Positions 45,169-54,282 of a stretch of 64,000 bases of DNA are shown here, piece by piece. The notes below the pieces were generated by a model, which worked only from the letters and a program-made list of their open reading frames with translations, searched no databases and was not told where the DNA came from. The stretch's first letter is position 1. The number at the start of each line of letters is the position of its first letter. Origin of the DNA: Trueperaceae bacterium (lineage in GTDB: Bacteria; Deinococcota; Deinococci; Deinococcales; Trueperaceae); contig JAXHLW010000001.1 of NCBI GenBank assembly GCA_034521815.1, positions 160,001-224,000 on the forward strand, read 5' to 3'. The position numbers were made by a program, and so were the translations under genes.

Positions 45169-46020
45169 TCAGGCCGTCCCGGCCAGCGAGCGGAGCGTCG
45201 CCAGGTCGCGGGCGTGCCCTTGGTCGTCGTCGCCCAGCGGCGTCTCGAGGATCATCGCTAGCCGGGCGAAGCGCTCGTCGTTCAGCAGCCGCGCGAACGG
45301 CTCGAGTCCGATCTCGCCGTCGCCGATGTTGGCGTGTCGATCCTTGCGCTTGCCGAGCGGGAACTTCGAGTCGTTCAGGTGCCAGCACGCCAGCACCGAC
45401 AGGCCGGGACCCTCGGCCAGCTCGGAGACGAGGCGCTCGTAGCCGTCCGCGTCCGTCAGGTCGTACCCCGCCGCGAAGGCGTGGCAGGTGTCCAGACAGA
45501 TGCCCAGCTCGGCGGCGTGCTCGGCGCGGGAGCGGATCGCCTGGAGCTCGGCGATATCGACGCCCAGGGTGCTTCCCTGGCCCGCCGTGTTCTCGAGCAG
45601 GACCTTCACCCGGTCGTGGCCGAGCTCGTCCAGAACGGCGTCCAGACCCTTCGCGACGCGGTCGATCCCGACGTCGCGACCGTCGTCCTGAGGCGCGCCG
45701 GGGTGGAGCACCAGGCCCGGCACGCCCAGCGCGTCGCAGCGCTGGAGCTCGTCGAGGAGCGCGGCGCGCGATTTCCGGGCCACCTCGGGCTTCGGGCTCG
45801 CCAGGTTCACCAGGTAGCCGGCGTGCGCCACGACCGGCATGCCGGCGTCCTCCCGGTCCCCGCGGAAGGTCCGCGTCTCGTCGGCGGACCGGCTTGCGCC
45901 GGACCAGCGGTTCGGACTCTTGACGAAGATCTGAAAGGCGTCGCAGCCGAGGGCGACGGCTCGCGCCACCGCCTTGTCGGCGCCGCCGGCGACCGATACG
46001 TGCGCTCCAGGCAGTCCCAT
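45169..46020 (-). CDS. nfo: Endonuclease IV
   Basis: GAHVS, HAGYLVNL, LLENTAGQG, CLDTCHAFAAG, HLNDSK, DRHANIG, ILETP. Confidence 0.95.
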   Translation of the reverse strand: MGLPGAHVSVAGGADKAVARAVALGCDAFQIFVKSPNRWSGASRSADETRTFRGDREDAGMPVVAHAGYLVNLASPKPEVARKSRAALLDELQRCDALGVPGLVLHPGAPQDDGRDVGIDRVAKGLDAVLDELGHDRVKVLLENTAGQGSTLGVDIAELQAIRSRAEHAAELGICLDTCHAFAAGYDLTDADGYERLVSELAEGPGLSVLACWHLNDSKFPLGKRKDRHANIGDGEIGLEPFARLLNDERFARLAMILETPLGDDDQGHARDLATLRSLAGTA

Positions 46021-46075
46021 GAGCGCATGCTACCGGTCGCCGGCGCCGGACGGGCCCGGTGGTAGCATCCTGGCC

Positions 46076-46873
46076 GTGATCGCAGCCCGGTTGTTCGACC
46101 CCGGCACCGACGAGCTGCTCGCGTTCCTGCGCGAGCAGCTCGCCGAGCCGGGCCGTTGGCTCCAGATCGGGGGCGAGATGGAGGTCGTCTACCACGGCCG
46201 CGCGGCCAGCACCGCCGACGCCGGCGACTACCTGCTGCTGCTCAAGCCGGACCGCAGCCTGCAGGTGCACGCCTCGCGCGGGATCAAGCCGCTGAACTGG
46301 CAGCCGCGGGTCGACGCCGTGGAGCTGCTCGAGGATGCCGGGCGCGCCGTGCTCGTGGCGGAACGCGCCTCGCCGTCCGAGCTGGTGCGCGTGGCGTTCC
46401 TGGCGTGCTCGTTCGCGCTGGCGCTGGCCCCGAGGGACGAAGGGGGCCTGCTGCTCCACGGCAGCGAGGCCCAGATGCAGCAGGCGCTGGCCAGGCGGCC
46501 GGAGCTGATCGAAGAAGGCCTCGTCCTGCTCGAGGTCGAGCTTCCCGTCGGCGTCGGCGGCATCGACCTGTACGCCCGCGACCGCGACGGACGCCTGGTC
46601 GTCGTCGAGCTGAAGCGGGGTCGCGCCAGTCACGAGGCCGTCCATCAGCTCGACAGGTACGTGCGGCGCGTCCGCGAGGCGACCGGGTCGACGGTGCGCG
46701 GCATCCTGGCCGCGCCCGAGGTCACGGCTCCCGCTCGGACCCGGCTGGCGGAGCTCGGTCTCGAATACCGTGAAGTCACGGCGCTCCCGGCGGTGGACGA
46801 CGTAGGTCCCGAACAGCCATCGCTGTTCGGCCCGCTCAGCGGCGGCGCCGTCAGAACGTCGGGGTCGTCGTGA
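46076..46873 (+). CDS. nucS: Endonuclease NucS/EndoMS
   Basis: YHGRA, LLLKPDRSLQVH, KPLNWQP, IDLYARD...VVELKR...QLDRY. Confidence 0.88.
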   Translation: MIAARLFDPGTDELLAFLREQLAEPGRWLQIGGEMEVVYHGRAASTADAGDYLLLLKPDRSLQVHASRGIKPLNWQPRVDAVELLEDAGRAVLVAERASPSELVRVAFLACSFALALAPRDEGGLLLHGSEAQMQQALARRPELIEEGLVLLEVELPVGVGGIDLYARDRDGRLVVVELKRGRASHEAVHQLDRYVRRVREATGSTVRGILAAPEVTAPARTRLAELGLEYREVTALPAVDDVGPEQPSLFGPLSGGAVRTSGSS

Positions 46874-47978
46874 ACGCCGGGCCGACGGCCCGGCCGTTCT
46901 CCGAGTCCTCTCGCGATTCGCGCTCCAGCCGTTCGAGCAGCTCGGGCTGGTCGGCCAGCACCTTCAGGAACGCCTCGACGATGCGCGGCGAGAACCAGCG
47001 GCCGCTCTTGCGGCGGATCTCGGTGATCGCGGTCTCGATCGGCCAGGCGGGCTTGTAGGGACGCTCGTTGATCAGGGTGTCGAACACGTCGGCGACGGCG
47101 ACGATCTGACCGACCAGCGGAATGTCGTCGCCGCGCAGTCCGCGTGGGTAGCCGCTGCCGTCCCAACGCTCGTGGTGGGTGAGCGCGACCTTCTCGGCCA
47201 GCACCATCAGGTCCGATTGTCCTTGCGCCAACAGCTTGACGCCCACGTCGACGTGTTCGCGCATCGTGTCGAACTCGTCGTCGTCCAGACGGCCCGGCTT
47301 CAGCAGGATGGCGTCGGGGATGCCGATCTTGCCGACGTCGTGCAGCGGCGCAGCGCGGCGCAGCAGCTCCACCTCCGCCGCGGGAAGCCCCAGCTGGCGG
47401 GCCAGCAGGCCGCACAGCTCGCCGACGCGTTGCGTGTGGCGCCCGGTGACGTAGTCGCGGAACTCCGCGGCCAGAGCCAGGCGCTCGAGCAGGTCCAGTC
47501 GGGCGGTCTCGAGTTCCAGCGTGCGCTCCTGGACGAGCTCCTCGAGATGATTCACGTGGCGCCGCAACGCCTCGTACAGGAAGCGCGTACGAAGCAGGTT
47601 CTCGACACGCAGCTGGATCTGACTGGCCCTGAACGGCTTGGTGATGAAGTCCTTGGCGCCGCGGGACAACGCCTCGCGCTCGGCGTCGGACGAGACGTCG
47701 GCGGTGATCACCGCGATCGGGAACCAGTCGTCCTCGGACCGCGTCTCGGTCACGACCGAGATCAGCTCCAGGCCGTCCATCTCGGGCATGTGCAGGTCGG
47801 TGATCAGGAGATCGGCGTCGTGCTCGGCGAGCAGCGCGGGAACCGCGCGTGGATCGGAGCACGGCACCAGTCGACGGTACCCCGCTCGGTCCAGGATCCT
47901 GCCCAGCAGGGTGAGGTTCACCGGTTCGTCGTCGACGAAGACGATCGTCGCGTCCAGCGGATCTCTCAGTTCGTCCAT
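46851..47978 (-). CDS. Response regulator with HD-GYP c-di-GMP phosphodiesterase domain
   Basis: REC domain (VDDE, TDLHMP, KPF), LHDVGKIG, HHERWDGSGYP. Confidence 0.92.
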   Translation of the reverse strand: MDELRDPLDATIVFVDDEPVNLTLLGRILDRAGYRRLVPCSDPRAVPALLAEHDADLLITDLHMPEMDGLELISVVTETRSEDDWFPIAVITADVSSDAEREALSRGAKDFITKPFRASQIQLRVENLLRTRFLYEALRRHVNHLEELVQERTLELETARLDLLERLALAAEFRDYVTGRHTQRVGELCGLLARQLGLPAAEVELLRRAAPLHDVGKIGIPDAILLKPGRLDDDEFDTMREHVDVGVKLLAQGQSDLMVLAEKVALTHHERWDGSGYPRGLRGDDIPLVGQIVAVADVFDTLINERPYKPAWPIETAITEIRRKSGRWFSPRIVEAFLKVLADQPELLERLERESREDSENGRAVGPAFTTTPTF

Positions 47979-48113
47979 CCGTGCCTCCGAGTCGACCTAC
48001 GGTGCCGGGACCCTCGTCAGCATGCTGGACCGACGCGCGTGATCGGGTGCCAAAGGTCACACCGGCGGGGCTTGCTACACTCCTGGCATGTCCGACGATC
48101 TCCGTGGCGCGCC

Positions 48114-48416
48114 GTGAACGCTGCCGACGCGCCGACCCGCCGAGCGCTTCGGCTTCTCGGCGTCGTCGCGCTGATCGGGATCCTGCAGGTCGGCTTCCTG
48201 ACCTTCGTGGAGCTCGACCGGACGATCCGTCATCGTGCCGCGATCGCCTCGCTGGAGGAGGAGCTCGAAGGGGCCCGTGCCGAGGCCGAGGGGCTGCGAG
48301 CCATCGCCGATCGAGCGGACGACGCTTCGTTCCGGGAGCAGCTGGCCAGGCGGCAGGGATTCGTGTACGCCGACGAGGTCCGAGTGGTGGTCCTGGACGG
48401 CGACCAAGCGCCCTGA
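48114..48416 (+). CDS. FtsB/DivIC-like septum formation initiator
   Basis: Single TM, coiled coil, EQLARRQGFVYADE; start uncertain (out-of-frame ATG at 48088 follows a -10 box). Confidence 0.65.
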   Translation: MNAADAPTRRALRLLGVVALIGILQVGFLTFVELDRTIRHRAAIASLEEELEGARAEAEGLRAIADRADDASFREQLARRQGFVYADEVRVVVLDGDQAP

Positions 48417-48468
48417 GGCCACCTTGGAAGGCGGATCCCGGTTCGCACGCCGCGGGGTATCCTCCGAT

Positions 48469-50028
48469 ATGGACGAGGGTGGCGAGGCACGCATCCAGGA
48501 GCTCACGGCCGAGATGGAGGAGCGGCGCAAGCGCATCGCGCGCGGCGGCGGTCAGGAGCGTATCGACCGTCAACACGACGCGGGCAAGGCGACCGCGCGC
48601 GAGCGCATCGCGCTGCTGCTCGACGAGGGCAGCTTCCACGAGCTGGGCGTGTTCGTCGAAGCGATCGACGGCGACGGGCACGTCGACGCGCCGGGCGAGG
48701 GGGTCGTCACCGGCCACGGTCGCATCGACGGACGGCCGGTGTACGTGTTCAGCCAGGACTTCACCGTGGCCGGTGGGAGTCTGGGCAAGATGCACGCCCG
48801 CAAGATCGCCCAGGCGATGGACCTCGCGGCGCGGAGCGGCACGCCGATCGTCGGCCTGAACGACTCCGCCGGCGCGCGCATCCAGGAGGGCGTCGACTCG
48901 CTGTCGGGCTACGGCGAGGTGTTCTACCGCAACGCGATCTACAGCGGGGTCGTGCCGCAGATCAGCGCCGTCCTCGGACCGTGCGCGGGCGGTGCGGTGT
49001 ACAGCCCCGCGCTGACCGACTTCGTGCTGATGGCGGAGGGCACGTCGTACATGTTCATCACCGGACCGGACGTGATCCGGTCGGTGACGAAGGAAGAGGT
49101 CGGCTTCGAGGAGCTGGGCGGGGCGACGGTGCACACCCGACGCTCGGGCGTGGCGCACCTTTCGGGCGAGAACGACGCGGACGTGCTCCGCAAGATCCGA
49201 CAGCTGCTGGCCTATCTGCCGTCGTCCGCGCGCGACGCGCCGCCCAGCCGCCCGACGCGCGATCCGGACGATCGGGAGACGCCCGAGCTTCTCCGCATCG
49301 TGCCGCCCGATCCGAAGCGGCCGTACCCGATGCGGGAGGTGATCCGCGCCCTGGTCGACGAGCGGGCGTTCCTGGAGATCCAGCCGGACTGGGCGCGCAA
49401 CATTCGCGTCGGCTTCGCGCACCTCGGCGGCACGGCGATCGGCATCGTCGCGAACGAGCCGAGCCACATGGCGGGAACGTTGGACATCGACGCCAGCGAC
49501 AAGGCGGCACGGTTCATCCGTACCTGCGACGCCTTCAACGTGCCGCTGCTGACGCTGGTGGACGTCAGCGGTTTCCTGCCGGGGGTAGGCCAGGAGCACG
49601 CCGGCATCATCCGGCACGGTGCCAAGATGCTCTACGCCTACGCCGAGGCGACGGTGCCGAAGCTGACGCTGATCACCCGGAAGAGCTACGGCGGTGCGTA
49701 CCTGGCGATGAACTCGCGCGACATGGGCGCCGACGTGGTGCTGGCCTGGCCCACCGCCTCCGTCGCGGTCATGGGCGCCGAGGGAGCCGCGGCGGTGCTG
49801 CACCGCCGCGAGATCCTGAACGCTGCCGATCCGGCGGCGGTCCGGTCCGCACGCATCGCGCAGTACCGCGAGCGGTACGACAATCCGTGGCGCGCCGCGG
49901 CGCGCGGCTACATCGACGACGTCGTCGATCCGGTGCGGACGCGTCGTGCCCTGATCGGTCACCTGCGCGTCCTGCACGGCAAGACCGAGAACCGTCCGTT
50001 CCGAAAGCACGGCAACCTGCCGCTCTGA
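48469..50028 (+). CDS. Acyl-CoA carboxylase beta subunit (PccB-like)
   Basis: TARERIALLLD, DSAGARIQEG, GPCAGGAVYSPA, RKSYGGAY, RKHGNLPL. Confidence 0.93.
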   Translation: MDEGGEARIQELTAEMEERRKRIARGGGQERIDRQHDAGKATARERIALLLDEGSFHELGVFVEAIDGDGHVDAPGEGVVTGHGRIDGRPVYVFSQDFTVAGGSLGKMHARKIAQAMDLAARSGTPIVGLNDSAGARIQEGVDSLSGYGEVFYRNAIYSGVVPQISAVLGPCAGGAVYSPALTDFVLMAEGTSYMFITGPDVIRSVTKEEVGFEELGGATVHTRRSGVAHLSGENDADVLRKIRQLLAYLPSSARDAPPSRPTRDPDDRETPELLRIVPPDPKRPYPMREVIRALVDERAFLEIQPDWARNIRVGFAHLGGTAIGIVANEPSHMAGTLDIDASDKAARFIRTCDAFNVPLLTLVDVSGFLPGVGQEHAGIIRHGAKMLYAYAEATVPKLTLITRKSYGGAYLAMNSRDMGADVVLAWPTASVAVMGAEGAAAVLHRREILNAADPAAVRSARIAQYRERYDNPWRAAARGYIDDVVDPVRTRRALIGHLRVLHGKTENRPFRKHGNLPL

Positions 50029-50161
50029 GAGGTGTCACGGAGAGGCGCCGCCTGCGGGTATGCTCGTGCGGCTCGCCCACCGTCCCGAATCGCCGCGCCG
50101 ATGCGCGCCGAGGGCCGAGATCCCGCGATTCGACCCTGAAGGTCGTTACGAAGGAGACGTC

Positions 50162-50992
50162 ATGAACTTGGACGATATCGGAAGCCTGGCCCTTGGGCTC
50201 GCTGTCGACGTGCTGGCCGGCATCGCCACCCTGGTCGTCGGCTGGATCGTCGCCAACTGGGCGTCCGGCACGATCCGTCGCGCCGGAGAGCGCAGCGAGC
50301 GGTTCGATCGCACGCTCACCAGCGTGTTCGTGCGCATCGTGCGCTGGACGATCGTGGCGGTCACGCTCGTCGCCGTGTTGGGCCGCTTCGGCGTGCAGAC
50401 CACCAGCATCATCGCCGTCCTCGGCGCCGCCGGCCTGGCGATCGGGCTCGCGCTCCAAGGTGCGCTGGCGAACGTCGCGGCCGGCGTGATGATCCTCGGA
50501 CTCAGGCCGTTCAGGCTGGGCGACGCGGTGGACATCGGCGGCACGATGGGCGTCGTGGAGGACATCGGGCTGTTCGTCACCAAGCTCAAGGCGTTCGACG
50601 GCGTGATCATCCATCAGCCGAACTCGAACATCTTCGGAACGGAGATCAAGAACTTCTCCCAAGCCGAGATGCGCCGGGTCGACCTGATCGTCGGCATCGG
50701 CTACGACGACGACGTCCGAAAGGCCATCGAGGTGGCGCAACGGGTTCTGGACGCCGACGAGCGCATCGTCGAGGAGCCGGCGACGCTGATCGCCGTCGAT
50801 TCGCTGGGCGACAGCTCGGTGAACCTGATGATCCGCGGCTGGACGAAGGCGGGCGACTTCTTCATGACGAAGCTCGATCTCACGCGCGCCGTCAAGGAGG
50901 CGTTCGACGAGGCGGGCATCGCCATTCCGTTCCCCCAGCGGGACCTGCACATCGTTCAGGACGTTCCGGTCGAGGTGAAGCAGCTCGGCTGA
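50162..50992 (+). CDS. mscS: Small-conductance mechanosensitive channel
   Basis: GAAGLAIGLALQG, RPFRLGD, RRVDLIVGIGYDDD, IPFPQRD. Confidence 0.92.
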   Translation: MNLDDIGSLALGLAVDVLAGIATLVVGWIVANWASGTIRRAGERSERFDRTLTSVFVRIVRWTIVAVTLVAVLGRFGVQTTSIIAVLGAAGLAIGLALQGALANVAAGVMILGLRPFRLGDAVDIGGTMGVVEDIGLFVTKLKAFDGVIIHQPNSNIFGTEIKNFSQAEMRRVDLIVGIGYDDDVRKAIEVAQRVLDADERIVEEPATLIAVDSLGDSSVNLMIRGWTKAGDFFMTKLDLTRAVKEAFDEAGIAIPFPQRDLHIVQDVPVEVKQLG

Positions 50993-51003
50993 AGCGCGCC
51001 GGC

Positions 51004-52185
51004 TCACTCAGAGCTCGCGCGGCGCATCTCCGGGACGAACGCCGCCACCGCCACGACGCCCATCGCCGCGGTCAGGGCGAAGAGCGATCCGTGCCCGCCG
51101 ATTCCGGCGTCGAGCCAAAGGCCGAGGCCCCACTGCAGAGCGAACCCACCGGTGAACATGAACAGGTTCACCGCGGTGACCGCGCGGCCGGTGAGGGCCA
51201 GCGGGAAGGCGTTCCGCGCCAAGGCGAACAGCAGGGCCGAGGTCGCTCCCGATACGCCCAGCACGGCGAACGTGCTCGCCAATACGCCCTCGCCGGCCGC
51301 GGGGACGGTCGCGAGCACCGTTTGGGCCGCCACGAAGGCGACGCCGGCGCCGAACAGGGTCCGGCCGACGCCGAGCCGTTCTCCTAGCGCGCCCAGGATC
51401 AGGTAGCCGACCGACACGCCGACGCCGAACGCCAACAGGACGTTGCCGGTCGCGAGCGGTCCAAGGCCGATCCCGTCCGCCAGGTACGGCCCGGCCCAGA
51501 GGCTCTGGAAGGCGAACGTCACCCCGGTGGTCGCCAGCGCCATGCCGGCCATGCGCCAGAGGCGGGGCGAGCGGAACACGGCACCGAAGCCGGCCTCGGA
51601 ACGGTCTTGGGCATGGACGACGCCGGGAGCCGAGCGTGCCCAGACGGCCACGGCGCCTGCCGAGAGCGCCAGCAGCGCCGCCCCCACGACGAACACGGCG
51701 CGCCAGCCGAACGCCTGCGCCATCCAGGCCAGCGGGGTGGAGGCGAGCAGCGAGCCCGACGAGCCGATCGCGACCAGCGTGCCCGACACCGCGGCGAACC
51801 GTAACGGGGCGAACCAGCCGGACAGCGCCTTCAGCCCGCCCATCAGGATGCCGGCCGTGCCCACCCCCATCAGCGCACGCCCGATCGCCAACGTCGCCAG
51901 ATCTCGGCCCAGCCCGAACGCCAAGCTGCCGGCGACCGCGGCGAGCATCAGGACGGGCGTCACGATGCGGGCGCCGTAGCGGTCCAAGGCCGCTCCGAGC
52001 GGTAGCTGAGCGGCCGCGAACCCCAGGAAGTAGAGGCTGGTCATGAGTCCGAGGTCGGCCGGTCCGATCCCCACGTCGCGGACCAGGTCGCCCGCGATCA
52101 CCGCATTGGCGCTGCGCACGAAGTTGGAAAGGAAATGGGCCACCGCGAACACCGCGAACACCCCGAACACCGCCGAGCGCGTCAT
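51004..52185 (-). CDS. MFS transporter
   Basis: About 12 TM segments; GAALDRYGAR and GALGERLG loop motifs. Confidence 0.88.
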   Translation of the reverse strand: MTRSAVFGVFAVFAVAHFLSNFVRSANAVIAGDLVRDVGIGPADLGLMTSLYFLGFAAAQLPLGAALDRYGARIVTPVLMLAAVAGSLAFGLGRDLATLAIGRALMGVGTAGILMGGLKALSGWFAPLRFAAVSGTLVAIGSSGSLLASTPLAWMAQAFGWRAVFVVGAALLALSAGAVAVWARSAPGVVHAQDRSEAGFGAVFRSPRLWRMAGMALATTGVTFAFQSLWAGPYLADGIGLGPLATGNVLLAFGVGVSVGYLILGALGERLGVGRTLFGAGVAFVAAQTVLATVPAAGEGVLASTFAVLGVSGATSALLFALARNAFPLALTGRAVTAVNLFMFTGGFALQWGLGLWLDAGIGGHGSLFALTAAMGVVAVAAFVPEMRRASSE

Positions 52186-52384
52186 GGCGACGAGCCTAGC
52201 AGCAAGCAGGCGTGCCCCTGCACGACCGCAGCGCGCGTCCCGGTCGTGCGCACGGCGAGGAGGAGCGACCTCTAGGCTGCTTCCCACGCCGCCCCCGACC
52301 CGGTCGTCGGGAGGGGACGACGCGACCGGGCTCCGTGGCCGCTCGCGTCGGCGCCGGCCCGCCCGCGGACGCGAGGAGACACCC

Positions 52385-53254
52385 ATGGCCCTCGGACTCA
52401 ACCACGCCCTCCTTATCGGCACGCTCGTACGAGAGCCCGACCTTCGCTACACGCCGGCAGGCCTGGCGGTGCTGCGCCTCGACCTCGGCGGCGACGATCA
52501 CCTCCACGACGAGGACGGCACCCTCAGGGCCCGCCCCTGGTACCAGCGGGCCACCGTGTTCGGGGCGCAGGCGGAGCGCGTGGTCGATCACGTCCGCACC
52601 GGCACGCCGATCTGGCTCGAAGGCCACGTCGAGCAGCGCAGCTGGGAGACGGAGGAGGGCGCCGTCCGCTCCGCGCTGGACGTGGTCGGACGCCGGGTGG
52701 AGGTCCTCGGCCTGGGTGCGCGCGACCCCGACGACGCGTTCGCGGTCGATGCCCGAGACCAGCCTCGCCTCAGGGACGCCGTCAATCGCGTTCGCATGAT
52801 CGGCAACCTGGTCCGGGACGTCGAGCTCCGCCGCAGCGAGGCGGGCGTCGCGCTGGCGCGCTTCACGGTCGCCGTCCGAGAGCGTGACTCGGGTCGCGGT
52901 GAACGCGGCCGGGGCGAGACGGCCCGGCGCGACGCGACCCGTGGCGACGAGGACACCAAGCCGAACTTCGTCGAGGTGCGGGCCTGGCGGGACACGGCCA
53001 TCGCCGCGGACGGTCTCGAGAAGGGCACACCGGTGTACCTGGACGGCCGGCTGGTGACCGACGCGTGGACCGACGGCGAAGGATCGCGGCGTTGGGCGAC
53101 CCGTGTCGAGGCGTTGCGGATCGAGACGATCGAGCGGCTCTCACGGAGCTCGGAGGTCGCGACGCTGCCGCGGTCCGATCCGACGACCGCAGAGGAGACG
53201 GGCGCGGCGCTCGAAGCCGCTCCCTCGGGCGCCCAGGCGGGACCGCCGTTCTGA
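52385..53254 (+). CDS. ssb: Deinococcota-type double-OB-fold ssDNA-binding protein (divergent paralog)
   Basis: LNHALLIGTLVREPDLRYTPAG and VNRVRMIGNLVRDVELR tandem OB folds; ends GPPF. Confidence 0.85.
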   Translation: MALGLNHALLIGTLVREPDLRYTPAGLAVLRLDLGGDDHLHDEDGTLRARPWYQRATVFGAQAERVVDHVRTGTPIWLEGHVEQRSWETEEGAVRSALDVVGRRVEVLGLGARDPDDAFAVDARDQPRLRDAVNRVRMIGNLVRDVELRRSEAGVALARFTVAVRERDSGRGERGRGETARRDATRGDEDTKPNFVEVRAWRDTAIAADGLEKGTPVYLDGRLVTDAWTDGEGSRRWATRVEALRIETIERLSRSSEVATLPRSDPTTAEETGAALEAAPSGAQAGPPF

Positions 53255-53387
53255 GCGAACCGCACGGTGCGCACCGCGCGCGATGCGGATCGCATCGTCG
53301 ACGGAGCGCCGAGATCGCTACCGCTACCGGCCGGGGACGTTGGTGACACGGCGTCCCCGGCCGTCCCCGCCGACGTACCATCGGCAC

Positions 53388-54200
53388 ATGGATGAGATCG
53401 TTCTGGTGCTGGGAGGGGGCGGAGCTCGGGGACTGGCGCACATCGGGGTCCTGCGGGCCCTCGAGGAGGCCGACGCGCGCGTGCGCGCCATCGCCGGCTG
53501 CTCGATGGGAGGCATCGTCGGGGCGTTCTACGCCGCGGGGTTCACGCCCGACGAGATGGAAGAGGTCGCGCGCGGCATCCGCTACGAGTCGCTACTGTCG
53601 TTCGGCGAGCTCGGCGGCATCGTCGGTGGCGACGGCCTCGCGAGCCTGTTGGCGGAGCATCTACCAGGGCGCTTCGACGACCTCGGGCTGCCGATGCTGA
53701 TGACCGCCGTCGACGTCCAGAAGGGCGACCTGGTGGTGCTGAACGACGGTGATCTCGTCCAGGCCCTGCGCGCGACCAGCGCGCTGCCGGGACTGATCTC
53801 GCCTGTCCGCTTGGGTGACCGCGTTCTGGTGGACGGTGGGCTTCTGAACAACCTTCCCGTGGACCTGGCGCGCACGATGGGCGACCATCCGGTCGTGGCC
53901 GTCGACGTCGCTGCACCGCCGGATCGCCGCCTGCGGTTCGAGGACGACCGGAGCTTCTGGGAGCGTCTGAAGCACGTGGTACAGCCGCAGCGTGCCCTGA
54001 CCGTGGAGCTGTTCATGAAGTCGTTCGACGTGCCGCAGGCGCTGGTGACGCAGATGCGCCTGGCGATCTCTCCGCCCGACCTGCTGATCCGTCCCGACGT
54101 GGCGCGCGACTTCGGCGTCGAGCAGTTCGGTCGGATCGACGAGGCGCTGGAGAAGGGCTACGAGGCCGGCCGCGCCGCCGTCGCGTCGTGGAGCCCGTAG
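53388..54200 (+). CDS. Patatin-like phospholipase (RssA-like)
   Basis: GGGGARG, GCSMG, LVDGG. Confidence 0.92.
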   Translation: MDEIVLVLGGGGARGLAHIGVLRALEEADARVRAIAGCSMGGIVGAFYAAGFTPDEMEEVARGIRYESLLSFGELGGIVGGDGLASLLAEHLPGRFDDLGLPMLMTAVDVQKGDLVVLNDGDLVQALRATSALPGLISPVRLGDRVLVDGGLLNNLPVDLARTMGDHPVVAVDVAAPPDRRLRFEDDRSFWERLKHVVQPQRALTVELFMKSFDVPQALVTQMRLAISPPDLLIRPDVARDFGVEQFGRIDEALEKGYEAGRAAVASWSP

Positions 54201-54216
54201 GGCGCAGCGGCGCCAG

Positions 54217-54278
54217 GCGTTGCGGGCGTTGCGGGCGTGCGGGCGTGCGGGCGTGCGGGTGTGCGGACGCGCGGGCGC
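54217..54278. repeat. 8-9-bp GC-rich tandem repeat (GCGGGCGT) between convergent genes
   Basis: About seven degenerate copies. Confidence 0.75.
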
Positions 54279-54282
54279 TCGC

